A stretch of 63,719 nt of DNA, the filler included, from Octopus bimaculoides (lineage: Eukaryota): the NCBI RefSeq assembly GCF_001194135.2. It is 6 parts of 6 records of this genome, joined end to end, with 100 filler letters (N's around TTAATTAATTAA, not from the genome) between each part and the next. Parts side by side here need not be neighbours in the genome. Positions count along the whole stretch, not along the records: positions 21,713 to 35,099 come from NC_069008.1; 5 more parts are not named here. One strand, 5' to 3'. This document shows, piece after piece, positions 23,199 to 33,058 of this stretch. The position numbers and the translations under genes were made by a program. Position 1 is the stretch's first letter, and every line of letters begins with the position of its first letter. Below the pieces are notes generated by a model. That model searched no databases and had not been told where the DNA came from. It worked only from the letters and a program-made list of their open reading frames with translations.

Positions 23199-23600
23199 CA
23201 AAGAATATATATATGCATGTATACACACATGTACATACATCTACATGTGTATATAGATGCATATCAGGGTACAGGACGTTAGAACAATGAACTACAGACA
23301 ACGGAACGAACACATAGGAAAATAGATAGCCACTTGGAATAATTCCTTCGTCAGCTGCCTCTATTCTAACTAGACGTTTCGAAACAAATAATAAATGAGT
23401 ATATGCATATATACGTACAAGTACTTGCATACCTACATCTACCTGTGTATATAGGTGCATATCTGGGTACAGGACATTACAAACAAAACGTAGACAAAAA
23501 AATAATAATAACCAGAGTACAGAAAACACACAGGCCACATAGAAAACATTTTCCTTCATCAGCTGCCCCCATTCTAACACAGGCGTTTCGAAGAGTTACA
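22855..23600. repeat. Tandem copies (~208-bp period) of a dispersed repeat
   Basis: TACATCTAC.TGTGTATATAG.TGCATATC.GGGTACAGGAC.TTA and TTCCTTC.TCAGCTGCC.C.ATTCTAAC...CGTTTCGAA each occur twice; a fragment also lies at about 7300-7370. Confidence 0.7.
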
Positions 23601-23846
23601 TATATATGGTGGTTGTCTAGAGTTTGACCACCTCCTGCACCTACACCTTAAGCCCTTTCGTGGCGTCTGATGTGGCTTTTTAAACCAGACAATGTTTTGA
23701 AAAAACACCCACACAGATTGCACCTCTGATTTGAACTACCAATACCTGCAGGTATATAGTTTTAGGGAAAAGAACCATCGATGAAAATCCACTGTCACAT
23801 AGAGAAAAATAATTGAGTTTTTACCTGTAATTTTGGATTTTATCCC

Positions 23847-23899
<53 letters not shown>

Positions 23900-24625
23900 G
23901 TATGTATGTATGTATATATATTTATTTATTCACGCATATGTTATTTTTCCGACGTCAATCTTAAACTGTCATATCGTATCCTACTTCCCAGTTGTACTAA
24001 CTGATCATTCTGAAGCATTCTACAGCAATATCTAGCATACAAAAGATCGTCGATTTCAGCAGAACGTCTGCTGTAAAACTTTTATAAAGTCTCTATCTTC
24101 TTTGTTTTGTAGTCCACATAACATTCACTTGTCATCTCCCTGTGTTTTGTCTACAACAAAATATATGTGCCACCATGAGAGAACTCATTGATAAACAAAC
24201 ATTCAAGCGGTGAGTAGAAAATATATCTGCATTGCATCTAACATGTAAACAGACGTCTTTGATATTTAAGACAAGCAGCTGAACCAGAATTCTGTTGAGA
24301 TCCACTTTGCCTGTCAGACTTTAGGAGATAATAAACGCTGTACCACTGAATTACTGGTTTCTCGTTGTTGAAAGGCGCTGAACTGGCAGAAATAGTGGAA
24401 CACCGCACAAAATAAATTGCGGGATTTGTTCTATGTAGCTCTTTATGTTCTAAGTTCAAAACTTGAAAGCTCAAATTTGCCTTTCATATCCCCGGATTCT
24501 ATAAAAGAAATGATGCGTCAAGTATATATGTGGTCTTTGTAATTCTCTGGCCACTTTTCCACTAAAATTGCTGATCCTCATGAATAAATATATGTCAGCT
24601 TTTTAAGACTTGCTCAAGAATTAAT

Positions 24626-25816
24626 ATGGAGAACCTTAAACTAAAAGAGACTCCTACTACTTCTGTTTTTAACAAAATAGATACAATTCAAGATGCAGGC
24701 AGAGATGATACAGATACTGTTGGTGAGACAGACAGAGACGAGAAACCTGTAATTAGTGAAACATTTAGTATAGAAAGATCGTTACAGGGAAATATTACTG
24801 AAATTGAATATAGATGTGATGTCTGTAATAAAACGTTCATTTCAGAAAGTGAAGTCTTCATACACAAAGAAATGCATAATAAAGGGAAGCCCTATCACTG
24901 TGAAATATGTGGGAAATATTTTGCTTATAACAGTTACTTAATTAGTCATCAAAGAATCCATACCGGAGAGAAACCGTTTCGTTGTCAAATATGTGAGAAA
25001 TCTTTCACTCAAAATTCTCATCTTGTTATCCACATACGTAGTCACACTGGAGAGAAACTGTTTCACTGTGAGATATGTCTGAAATCGTTTGTGTCAAATA
25101 GTAATTTGACGAAGCATAAAAGAATACACACCGGAGAAAAACCTTATGATTGTCAAATATGCAATAAGACATTCACTCAGAAATCTCACTTGGTGAATCA
25201 TGTCCGGAGCCATACTGGAGAGAAATTGTTTCCGTGTGAACTGTGCGGGAAATCGTTTGTGTCTAACAGTAATTTAGCAAAGCATGAGAGAATCCATACT
25301 GGAGAAAGGCCTTTCCATTGTGATATCTGTGGGAAATCGTTCTCTGATAATGCTAACCTTGTGGTTCATGAGAAAATACATACTGGCGAGAAGCTGTTTG
25401 ACTGTGATATTTGTGGTAAAGCATTCTTTACTAATTCTAAACTTACAATCCATAAACGTAGTCATACTGGTGAGAAGTTGTTTCATTGTGTTATATGTGA
25501 CAAATATTTTGTGTCGAACAGTGTGTTAACAAAACACAAAAGAATCCACTCTGGAGAAAGACCTTTCCATTGTGAAATATGTGAAAAATCTTTTGGTTCA
25601 AACAGTGACTTGAACCGGCACAGAAGGATACACACTGGAGAAAAACCTTTTCACTGTGATATATGCGGGAAGTCTTTTACTCAAAATACTTGTCTTGTTA
25701 TCCACAGTCGCAGCCACGCCGGAGAAAAACCTTACCATTGTGAAGTGTGTGGCAAATCTTTTGTTGATAAAAGTAATTTAAACAGACACAAACAAACTCA
25801 CACTTGGCCAATCTAA
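24626..25816 (+). CDS. C2H2 (Kruppel-type) zinc-finger protein, 396 aa, 12 tandem fingers, acidic 61-aa N-terminus
   Basis: Uninterrupted ORF with 12 CxxC-x12-HxxxH units joined by TGEKP/TGERP/TGEKL linkers. No KRAB/BTB/SCAN domain recognisable. The true start may lie in an upstream exon. Confidence 0.93.
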   Translation: MENLKLKETPTTSVFNKIDTIQDAGRDDTDTVGETDRDEKPVISETFSIERSLQGNITEIEYRCDVCNKTFISESEVFIHKEMHNKGKPYHCEICGKYFAYNSYLISHQRIHTGEKPFRCQICEKSFTQNSHLVIHIRSHTGEKLFHCEICLKSFVSNSNLTKHKRIHTGEKPYDCQICNKTFTQKSHLVNHVRSHTGEKLFPCELCGKSFVSNSNLAKHERIHTGERPFHCDICGKSFSDNANLVVHEKIHTGEKLFDCDICGKAFFTNSKLTIHKRSHTGEKLFHCVICDKYFVSNSVLTKHKRIHSGERPFHCEICEKSFGSNSDLNRHRRIHTGEKPFHCDICGKSFTQNTCLVIHSRSHAGEKPYHCEVCGKSFVDKSNLNRHKQTHTWPI

Positions 25817-25854
25817 AGTGTACAACATCACCTTCACGTTTGTAAACATTGAAC

Positions 25855-26144
25855 AGAGTGAAATATGTAGGAAGGAGTTCATTACAACGGGTTACTTAAA
25901 AAAAGATACAGCTACCCATCATCATCATCATCATCATTACCATCAACATCATCTTCATTTAATGTCTCTTGACCATGCTGGCATGAGTTGGATGACTTGA
26001 CCAGAGCTGGAGTCTGATTTGGCTGGGCTCAGACTGGAGACAAATCTCCATCATTGGGAAATATTTTCTCAATAAGTGATTTGAGGATACAAAAGAATGG
26101 ACACTGGAGAAAAACCTTGCTGCAAGAAATGTGGGGAATATTCT
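25855..26144 (+). pseudogene. Two or more decayed zinc-finger units downstream of the ZNF stop codon
   Basis: SEICRKEFITTGYLKKD at about 25855-25910, and GKYF..SDLR.YKRMDTGEKPCCKKCGEYS (frameshifted) at 26056-26144. Confidence 0.55.
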
Positions 26145-26324
26145 AAGAATAATGGCGGGTGGCACATAAAATACACCAGTTTGAGCCTGGCCGTTGGCAG
26201 TACCGCCTGACTGGCCTTCATAGGATTTTCGAGCGAGATTCTTACCAATGCCCCTGGACTGGCTCTTGTGCGGGTGGCACATAAAACACACCAGTTTGAG
26301 TGTGGCCGTGGCCAGTACCGCCTG

Positions 26325-26524
26325 ACTGGCCTTCGTGTCAGTGGCACGTAAAAGCAACCACTACACTCTTGGAGTGGTTGGCGTTAGAAAGGGCATCCAG
26401 CTGTAGAAACTCTGCCAAATCAGATTGGAGCCTGGTGTTGCCATCTGGTTTCACCAGTCCTCAGTCAAATCGTCCAACCCATGCTAGCATGGAAAGCGGA
26501 TGTTAAACGATGATGATGATGATG
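26325..26524 (+). mobile_element. RTE-type LINE 3' end with (GAT)n tail
   Basis: GTGGCACGTAAAAGCA...GGAAAGCGGATGTTAAACGATGATGATGAT. Confidence 0.8.
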
Positions 26525-26532
26525 AATGGCTG

Positions 26533-26777
26533 AACCCTTTAGCATTCAGATTTCTCTGTCAAACTCTAATGTTTATTTATTCAGATTTTTTTTCTTTTTA
26601 ATTAATTGTGTATTGTCTTGCAGCTTTGAGATTTCAATGATGTAATTGCTTATTTTTACTTCTTACACTGACATTGCCGGGTAAGTGTAAGATACCTGAT
26701 TTGGCTAGTTTGAACATAAAAAAAAAAAAACATTGAATATTTTGTTTGGATATGACTGGTTTGCATGTTAAAGGGTT
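26533..26777. mobile_element. piggyBac-like MITE
   Basis: Ends AACCCTTTAGCAT ... ATGTTAAAGGGTT; same family as 28321-28521. Confidence 0.6.
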
Positions 26778-26959
26778 TAGGACATACTCGACCGAGAACC
26801 CATATTGTTGAAATATATGGGAAGAAGTCATTTCTAAGTAATTCACAAACAAAGCTAAACTGGAGAGAAGCCATATCATTGTAATGTGTGTGGGACATGG
26901 TTTTCCCATGGCAATGATATAACAAGACTCATTATGATTTGGGATATCATTTGTCAATC

Positions 26960-27250
26960 ATCATTATCATTTAATGTCCATCATCCATGCTGGCATGGGT
27001 TGGATGGTTCGACCAGAGCTGGAAGGCTGCACGAGACTCTAGTCTGATTTGGCATGATTTCTATGGCTGGATGCTCTTCCTAACGCCAACCACTCAGAGA
27101 GTGTAATGGGTGCTTTAATGTGCCACCGGCACAGGTACCATTTGCATGACACCGATATCTGCCACGACTGCCATTTTACTTGGCTTGATGGGTCTTCTTC
27201 TTAAAGATGACATTATGCCAAAGGTCTCGGTCATTGCCTCCGTGAGGCCC
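26960..27250 (-). mobile_element. RTE-type LINE 3' fragment (ORF2 C-terminus plus 3' UTR)
   Basis: Minus strand LGLTEAMT / DRDLW motif, followed by the same 3' UTR as the other RTE copies. Confidence 0.65.
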
Positions 27251-28193
27251 AACACTTGAAAGGAGCTCGGTCACTTTGCCTCCGTGAGGCCCAACACTTG
27301 AAAGGAGCTCGGTCACTTTGCCTCCGTGAGGCCCAACACTTGAAAGGAGCTCGGCCACTTTGCCTCCGTGAGGCCCAACACTTGAAAGGAGCTCGGTCAC
27401 TTTGCTNNNNNNNNNNNNNNNNNNNNNNNNNNNNNNNNNNNNNNNNNNNNNNNNNNNNNNNNNNNNNNNNNNNNNNNNNNNNNNNNNNNNNNNNNNNNNN
27501 NNNNNNNNNNNNNNNNNNNNNNNNNNNNNNNNNNNNNNNNNNNNNNNNNNNNNNNNNNNNNNNNNNNNNNNNNNNNNNNNNNNNNNNNNNNNNNNNNNNN
27601 NNNNNNNNNNNNNNNNNNNNNNNNNNNNNNNNNNNNNNNNNNNNNNNNNNNNNNNNNNNNNNNNNNNNNNNNNNNNNNNNNNNNNNNNNNNNNNNNNNNN
27701 NNNNNNNNNNNNNNNNNNNNNNNNNNNNNNNNNNNNNNNNNNNNNNNNNNNNNNNNNNNNNNNNNNNNNNNNNNNNNNNNNNNNNNNNNNNNNNNNNNNN
27801 NNNNNNNNNNNNNNNNNNNNNNNNNNNNNNNNNNNNNNNNNNNNNNNNNNNNNNNNNNNNNNNNNNNNNNNNNNNNNNNNNNNNNNNNNNNNNNNNNNNN
27901 NNNNNNNNNNNNNNNNNNNNNNNNNNNNNNNNNNNNNNNNNACACTTGAAAGGAGCTCGGTCACTTTGCCTCCGTGAGGCCCAACACTTGAAAGGAGCTC
28001 GGTCACTTTGCCTCCGTGAGGCCCAACACTTGAAAGGAGCTCGGTCACTTTGCCTCCGTGAGGCCCAACACTTGAAAGGAGCTCGGCCACTTTGCCTCCG
28101 TGAGGCCCAACACTTGAAAGGAGCTCGGTCACTTTGCTTCCGTGAGGCCCAACACTTGAAAGGAGCTCGGCCACTTTGCCTCCATGAGGCCCA
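27237..28193. repeat. 42-bp minisatellite (at least 10 visible units, gap in the middle)
   Basis: Unit CACTTGAAAGGAGCTCGG(T/C)CACTTTGCCTCCGTGAGGCCCAA starts at 27253, 27295, 27337, 27379 and 27943, 27985, 28027, 28069, 28111, 28153. Confidence 0.97.
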
Positions 28194-28320
28194 ATGCTCA
28201 TAGGGTGCTCTTTACTTGACACCAGCATCTGCCACGACGACAACTTCACTTGGCTTGCACAGGTCTTCTCAAGCGCAGCATATCACCTTAGGTCTCAGCC
28301 ATTAGCCATTGCCTCTGTAA

Positions 28321-28521
28321 CCCTTTAGCATACAGATTACTCTTCCAAATGTTCTACTTATTTATTCACATTGTTTTGAATCAATCCTGCATTATCTCAT
28401 AGCTTTGAGATTTCAGTGATGTGATTGCTATTTCAGAGAACGAAACTGTAGGGTAGGTGTGACAGGCCAGATCTGGGCACATTGATTTGGGTCGAAGATG
28501 GTTAGTTTATTTGCTAAAAGG
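28321..28521. mobile_element. piggyBac-like MITE
   Basis: GTAA|CCCTTTAGCA ... TGCTAAAAGG|TTAA: CCC...GGG-type ends with a TTAA-like TSD. Partial copies at about 29050-29210 and 29640-29830. Confidence 0.6.
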
Positions 28522-28653
28522 TTAAAGTAAAAAGTATTTTTCCATGACATTCAGCCAAGTGTTGCAGGTGATGCCATAGGCCGGTCCTTGTTCAAAATAG
28601 ATTTGTGGTAATTACCCATTTAGCAATAAAATTACCCTGTAATGCTTATTTAC

Positions 28654-29042
28654 TCTTTTACTTGTTTCAGTCATTTGACTGCGGCCATGCTGGAGCACCG
28701 CCTTTAGTCGACGAATCGACCCCGGTACTTATTCTTTGTAAGCCTAGTACTTATTCTATCGATCTCTTTTGCCGAACCGCTAAGTGACGGGGACATAAAC
28801 ACACCAGCATCAGTTGTCAAGCAATGCAAGGGGGACAAACACACACACACACATATATACATATATATATATACATATATACGACGGGCTTCTTTCAGTT
28901 TCCGTCTACCAAATCCACTCACAAGGCTTTGGTCAGCCCGAGGCTATAGTAGAAGACACTTGCCCAAGATGCCACGCAGTGGGAATGAACCCCGAACCAT
29001 GTGGTTGGTGAGCAAGCTACTTACCACACAGCCACTCCTGCG
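28654..29042 (-). mobile_element. SINE family A, full length (~390 bp) with internal (TA)n/(TG)n
   Basis: Minus strand head CGCAGGAGTGGCTGTGTGG (A box), GGTTC-type B box, central microsatellite, 3' end ...GACTGAAACAAGTAAAAGA. Confidence 0.88.
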
Positions 29043-29292
29043 ATTCACATTATTTGGAACTAATCATGTATCATCTTGTAGCTTTGAGATTTCAATGTTG
29101 TGATTGTTTATTCTGAGAAGGACATTCTAGGATAGACATGAGAGGTCAGATAAGGTCAGTTTGAATATAAAACCAGTATGGTTGGTTTAAATGCTAAAAG
29201 TTTAAAGTAAAAAATATTTCAAACTGTTTTTCCATGGCATTCAACCAAGTGTGGCAGGTGAGGCTAGAGGCCTGGTCTTGTTTTCATCTCCT

Positions 29293-29549
29293 TAGCGAGA
29301 TCGTTGCCAGTGCCCCTGGACTGGCTCTTGTGCGGGTGGCACATAAAAGACACCATTTCGAGCGTGGCCGTTTTCGTGCGGGTGACACGTAAAAGCACCC
29401 ACTACACTCTCTGAGTGGTTGGCGTTAGGAAGGGCATCCAGCTGTAGAAACTCTGCCAAATTAGACTGGAGCCTGGTGTTGCCATCTGGTTTCACCAGTC
29501 CTCAGTCAAATCGTCCAACCCATGCTAGCATGGAAAGCGGACGTTAAAC

Positions 29550-29582
<33 letters not shown>
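29293..29582 (+). mobile_element. RTE-type LINE 3' end with (GAT)n tail
   Basis: Near-identical to 21311-21612 (reverse) and ends in a (GAT)n run. Confidence 0.8.
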
Positions 29583-29583
<1 letters not shown>

Positions 29584-30319
29584 GGGCTGCTGTCCTTGTT
29601 CAAGGTGGAAATAATAGGTAATTAACCAATTAACTTTGAGATTATTCTGTCGAATGTAACGCTTATTTATTCACATTGCTTTCAATTAATCATGCGTTAT
29701 CCTGTAGCTTCAAGATTTCAATGATGTGATTGTTTATTTTTAGAATGACATTGTAGGGTAGGTGTGAGAGGTCTAATCTGATCTATTTGAACATAAAACA
29801 GGTAGAATATTTGGCACTACTTAAATACAGAGGTCCTGATGCCTCTATGTAATGATATGTTTTTACAGTGCACACTCGTTAAACATGAATTTAATTTCTA
29901 TATATTCTAATATATATATATATATATATATTCTAATTGCTATCTTACCCCTCCAATTAGAATATATAGAAATTAAATTCCTGTTTGGTTCACTGGACTG
30001 TTGATTAACAGCCTAGTCAAGATGGTATTTTCTTCGTCTCCTACTCTTGTTTTTGCACACATTTACAAAATGACTTTCTGAAATGAACTTCCATTATGCA
30101 GCTGAGGAGTACGTTTTCATTGCACATCTTATGTAGTGTTCTCACTACATAAATAAACGACGTTTGTACGAAACGTACGTACTGCTATAACCTAATGCAT
30201 TTTTGTTGCTTTTCTTCAAATTTTATTCACCAAATCTCTTGATTTTGTTTTTGGTTTTTACCCTACCAAATTCTGGTGCCTCAAACATTTTAAGTACCAC
30301 ATTTAATCTTTTGATTAAA

Positions 30320-30364
<45 letters not shown>

Positions 30365-30369
<5 letters not shown>

Positions 30370-30530
30370 AGCTTCTTTCAGTTTCCATCAACCAAATCCA
30401 CTCACAAGGCTTTCGTCAACCCAAAGCTATAGTAGAAGACTCTTGCCCAAGGTGCCATGCAGTGGGACTGAACCCAGAACCATGTGATTGGGAAGCACAA
30501 GCTTCTTACCACACAGCCACTCCTGTGCTT
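30365..30530 (-). mobile_element. SINE family A, 5' half
   Basis: GCTTCTTTCAGTTTCC...CTTACCACACAGCCACTCCTG. Confidence 0.75.
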
Positions 30531-30749
30531 GTTTGCTCAATGTTTATTTTCTGGTCAGTCCAAATTATCCTTTTTCAAAATTGATTCAGGACTGGAAATA
30601 CTAATTTATTAATCTTTTTTGTTACCTTATTTCTGTTGAAAAACACAGCCTTTGTTGCAATTAGTTTTGAAAATAAAAAAGAATTTAATAAAATAATATT
30701 GTTATTAATTCGTTTTGCAAGATTTTGGCAAAAATAAAAATAATAATTC

Positions 30750-31142
30750 GAAATATTGCATTTCTTAATCTCTCGGAGAGACTTATACGGTAGCAGCACA
30801 ATAAAGTTATGGTTTGTTGCCCACTTAATGTGGCAATCCCAGGAAAGGGAAGAATACTACTGCTATTTAGTCCCAGGAAACATCATTTCTTGTTGGCTAC
30901 ATGACACAAGTCCCTTTCCTGGGACTGCCACATTAAATTGGCAACAAACCATCACTTTATTGTGCTGCTACTGTATAAGTCTCTCAGAGAGATTCAGAAT
31001 TTCAATATTTCTCATTTTGTAGATCAGTAAATTTGTTTCACTTGAAATTCTATAAGCTTTCAACAGTGAATAAGCATCGACAGCTAGCAAGCCAAGCTAC
31101 TCCAGACTGATGGAGGGCAATGACTCTGAAACTAGTCTCTCG
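30750..31142. mobile_element. Inverted pair of hammerhead-bearing ~350-nt repeat units
   Basis: 94-bp arms at 30750-30843 and 30918-31011 are inverted at roughly 88% identity (by eye). The right copy continues into a hammerhead and is homologous to 57169-57487 (reverse). Confidence 0.7.
31102..31142 (+). ncRNA. Minimal type I hammerhead with A9>G
   Basis: AGA-CTGATGG-AGGG/CTCT stem II-GAAA-palindromic ACTAGT-C17 (GUC)-TCT. Confidence 0.55.
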
Positions 31143-32214
31143 ATACTGGGTTTGTTGGGTGGAGGTGGTGTTCATCTCCGCTGTTTGAAAACTTTAGGAT
31201 ACAGAATATTGTTATTATTAAGCTGGTGTTTGAAACTTAATAGGAAATTTTAATAGGAAGCTTTTAATTTTACTAGGGAGCTAGAAGAGATGCTGAATAA
31301 CAGGTATATTTAGGAAGAGAATCACAAAGAAAGAGGTTTGAAGATGTTCTACAATGTAAGGACCAGAAACAAGCTGGATTAAGCCCCACTGAGGCCCTAA
31401 GTACTCAAAAAGATTTTGGTAACTCCCATAAAAGATTATGCAATTCAAATATAAACAATAACAAACCGTGAAATAAATTTTTATATTTTAAAACGAAACA
31501 AAACGGTAAGAGGGAAAATAATGTTTATTTTTGTATACTTCCGCTTTATTTAGATTTGAAAAGTTTCCTCCTACTTTTTTGAATTGCAAAGTCTTTGAAT
31601 CAGATCCTCAAAATTAATAATCTTAGGTAACACATCTGTATCTATACTTAGTAGAGATAAAGGCAGCTTGAATATTACTTTAGCAAGTTTAAAGTGATTT
31701 CTTTTGTGCTCTAAACCATTTACCATTTCTGTGGTGCCCCCCCACTTTCCCTTGATTCCTTAAGCACGTACTTATTCTGCTTAATGGTTAATCCAGTGCT
31801 GTCCATCAGGAATGCTTAAAATATCTTGCAGGGTAGATTACAGCCTAGTCACCCATACAGTTTATCAGATACAAGAATGTCTGGTTCTAATGTCAGCATC
31901 AACTTTTACAAGGAATGCTTTAGAAGGAAGTAATTAGATACGTCTAAAGATGGCTGGACCAGAAAGAGTTTTAGCTTAATTAGGAAAAGACAGCACTAGA
32001 TTAACCATTAAGCGAAATAAGCACATGCTGAGGGCATCACAGAAATGGTAAATAGTTTACGGTACAAAAGAAATCACTTTAAGCTTTGTCAAATATTATT
32101 TGAAATGGTTTATATGATCGGAAACATAATTTCAAGTGTTCATGATGTCATGGCAATAAAAAAGGTAAGAGAAAACTTTTCATGTGCATGAGCAACAGAG
32201 TATGACTATGTGTA

Positions 32215-32445
32215 AAGAAAAATTGGGCTTAAGAATCACCAGATGTGGTGTTCAAGGAAGAAGACTGCTGGTTGGGTCATGTGAGACATAATGAAACACC
32301 AATTGCTAAATGTTGATGGAACCTGAAGTGGAAGACCTAGAAAGATATAGAATAAAGTAACAACGACTTGCCTCAGGATGTTGAGCCTCTCAGAGTGGAT
32401 GACAAACGACCAAGATGATTGGTGATTCACAAGGCTTGTCCATAT
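32215..32445 (+). mobile_element. Degenerate RTE-type LINE ORF2 C-terminal fragment
   Basis: GLRITRCGVQGRRL.WLGHVR...SGRPRK...LSLSEWMTNDQDDW motifs. Confidence 0.55.
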
Positions 32446-32749
32446 CAGTAAAAACGAGGTCCTAAACCTGTAACATTTATATCCGTGCCATTGAATATCT
32501 GTGGTGAAGGCTTTACCTATCACACCTTCACCATGGCTTATCTTCCTGTCACCATCAGTACATAGACATTTAGAAAGGGCTCATAAACATTGAGTAATAA
32601 GGTAAACATGTGTGAGTATTTATAGGAAAAAATTACCCTCTTTCATCAAAATGATGGGTGAGGGTCATATAGACGGTTAATTGGTTGTCATTAGAGCATT
32701 AGATGGAATGCCATGCATTTTTTAAAGCCATTTCTTAAATAGAAATACA

Positions 32750-33058
32750 GTATGAATGCCCCATTGTATGAGCTGAGACACGTGCAAATCTTGAAGTACA
32801 AGCAGAAATCCGTAGTACGAGCAACACAAATTATCCCATCTTTCAGGTAATTCAGTGAATAAAATCAGTTTACATATTTCGTTTGCATTCTGTTTTAAAA
32901 CCCCTAAAAAATTATTTTTGTGTGGTTTTTCGGAAGCTGGAACGGATTTATTATATTCTAGTTAAATTCAATGGGGAAATTGGTTTGTAAAATGAGTAAA
33001 TCATAAGACGATCTCTGTCAAGGAACAAATTAAACTCGTACTGCGAGGTATCACTCTT
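32750..33058. mobile_element. Tigger/pogo-like MITE remnant
   Basis: Right end GGAACGGATTTATT...AATGGGGAAATTGGTTT...GGAACAAATTAAACTCGTACTGCGAGGTATCACT resembles Tigger termini; the left end is weak. Confidence 0.4.

Noticed and set aside
27176-28249. 357-aa and 315-aa repeat-protein ORFs on both strands
   Set aside because: Consequence of a 42-bp (3n) minisatellite derived from a LINE; no splice, promoter or domain support.
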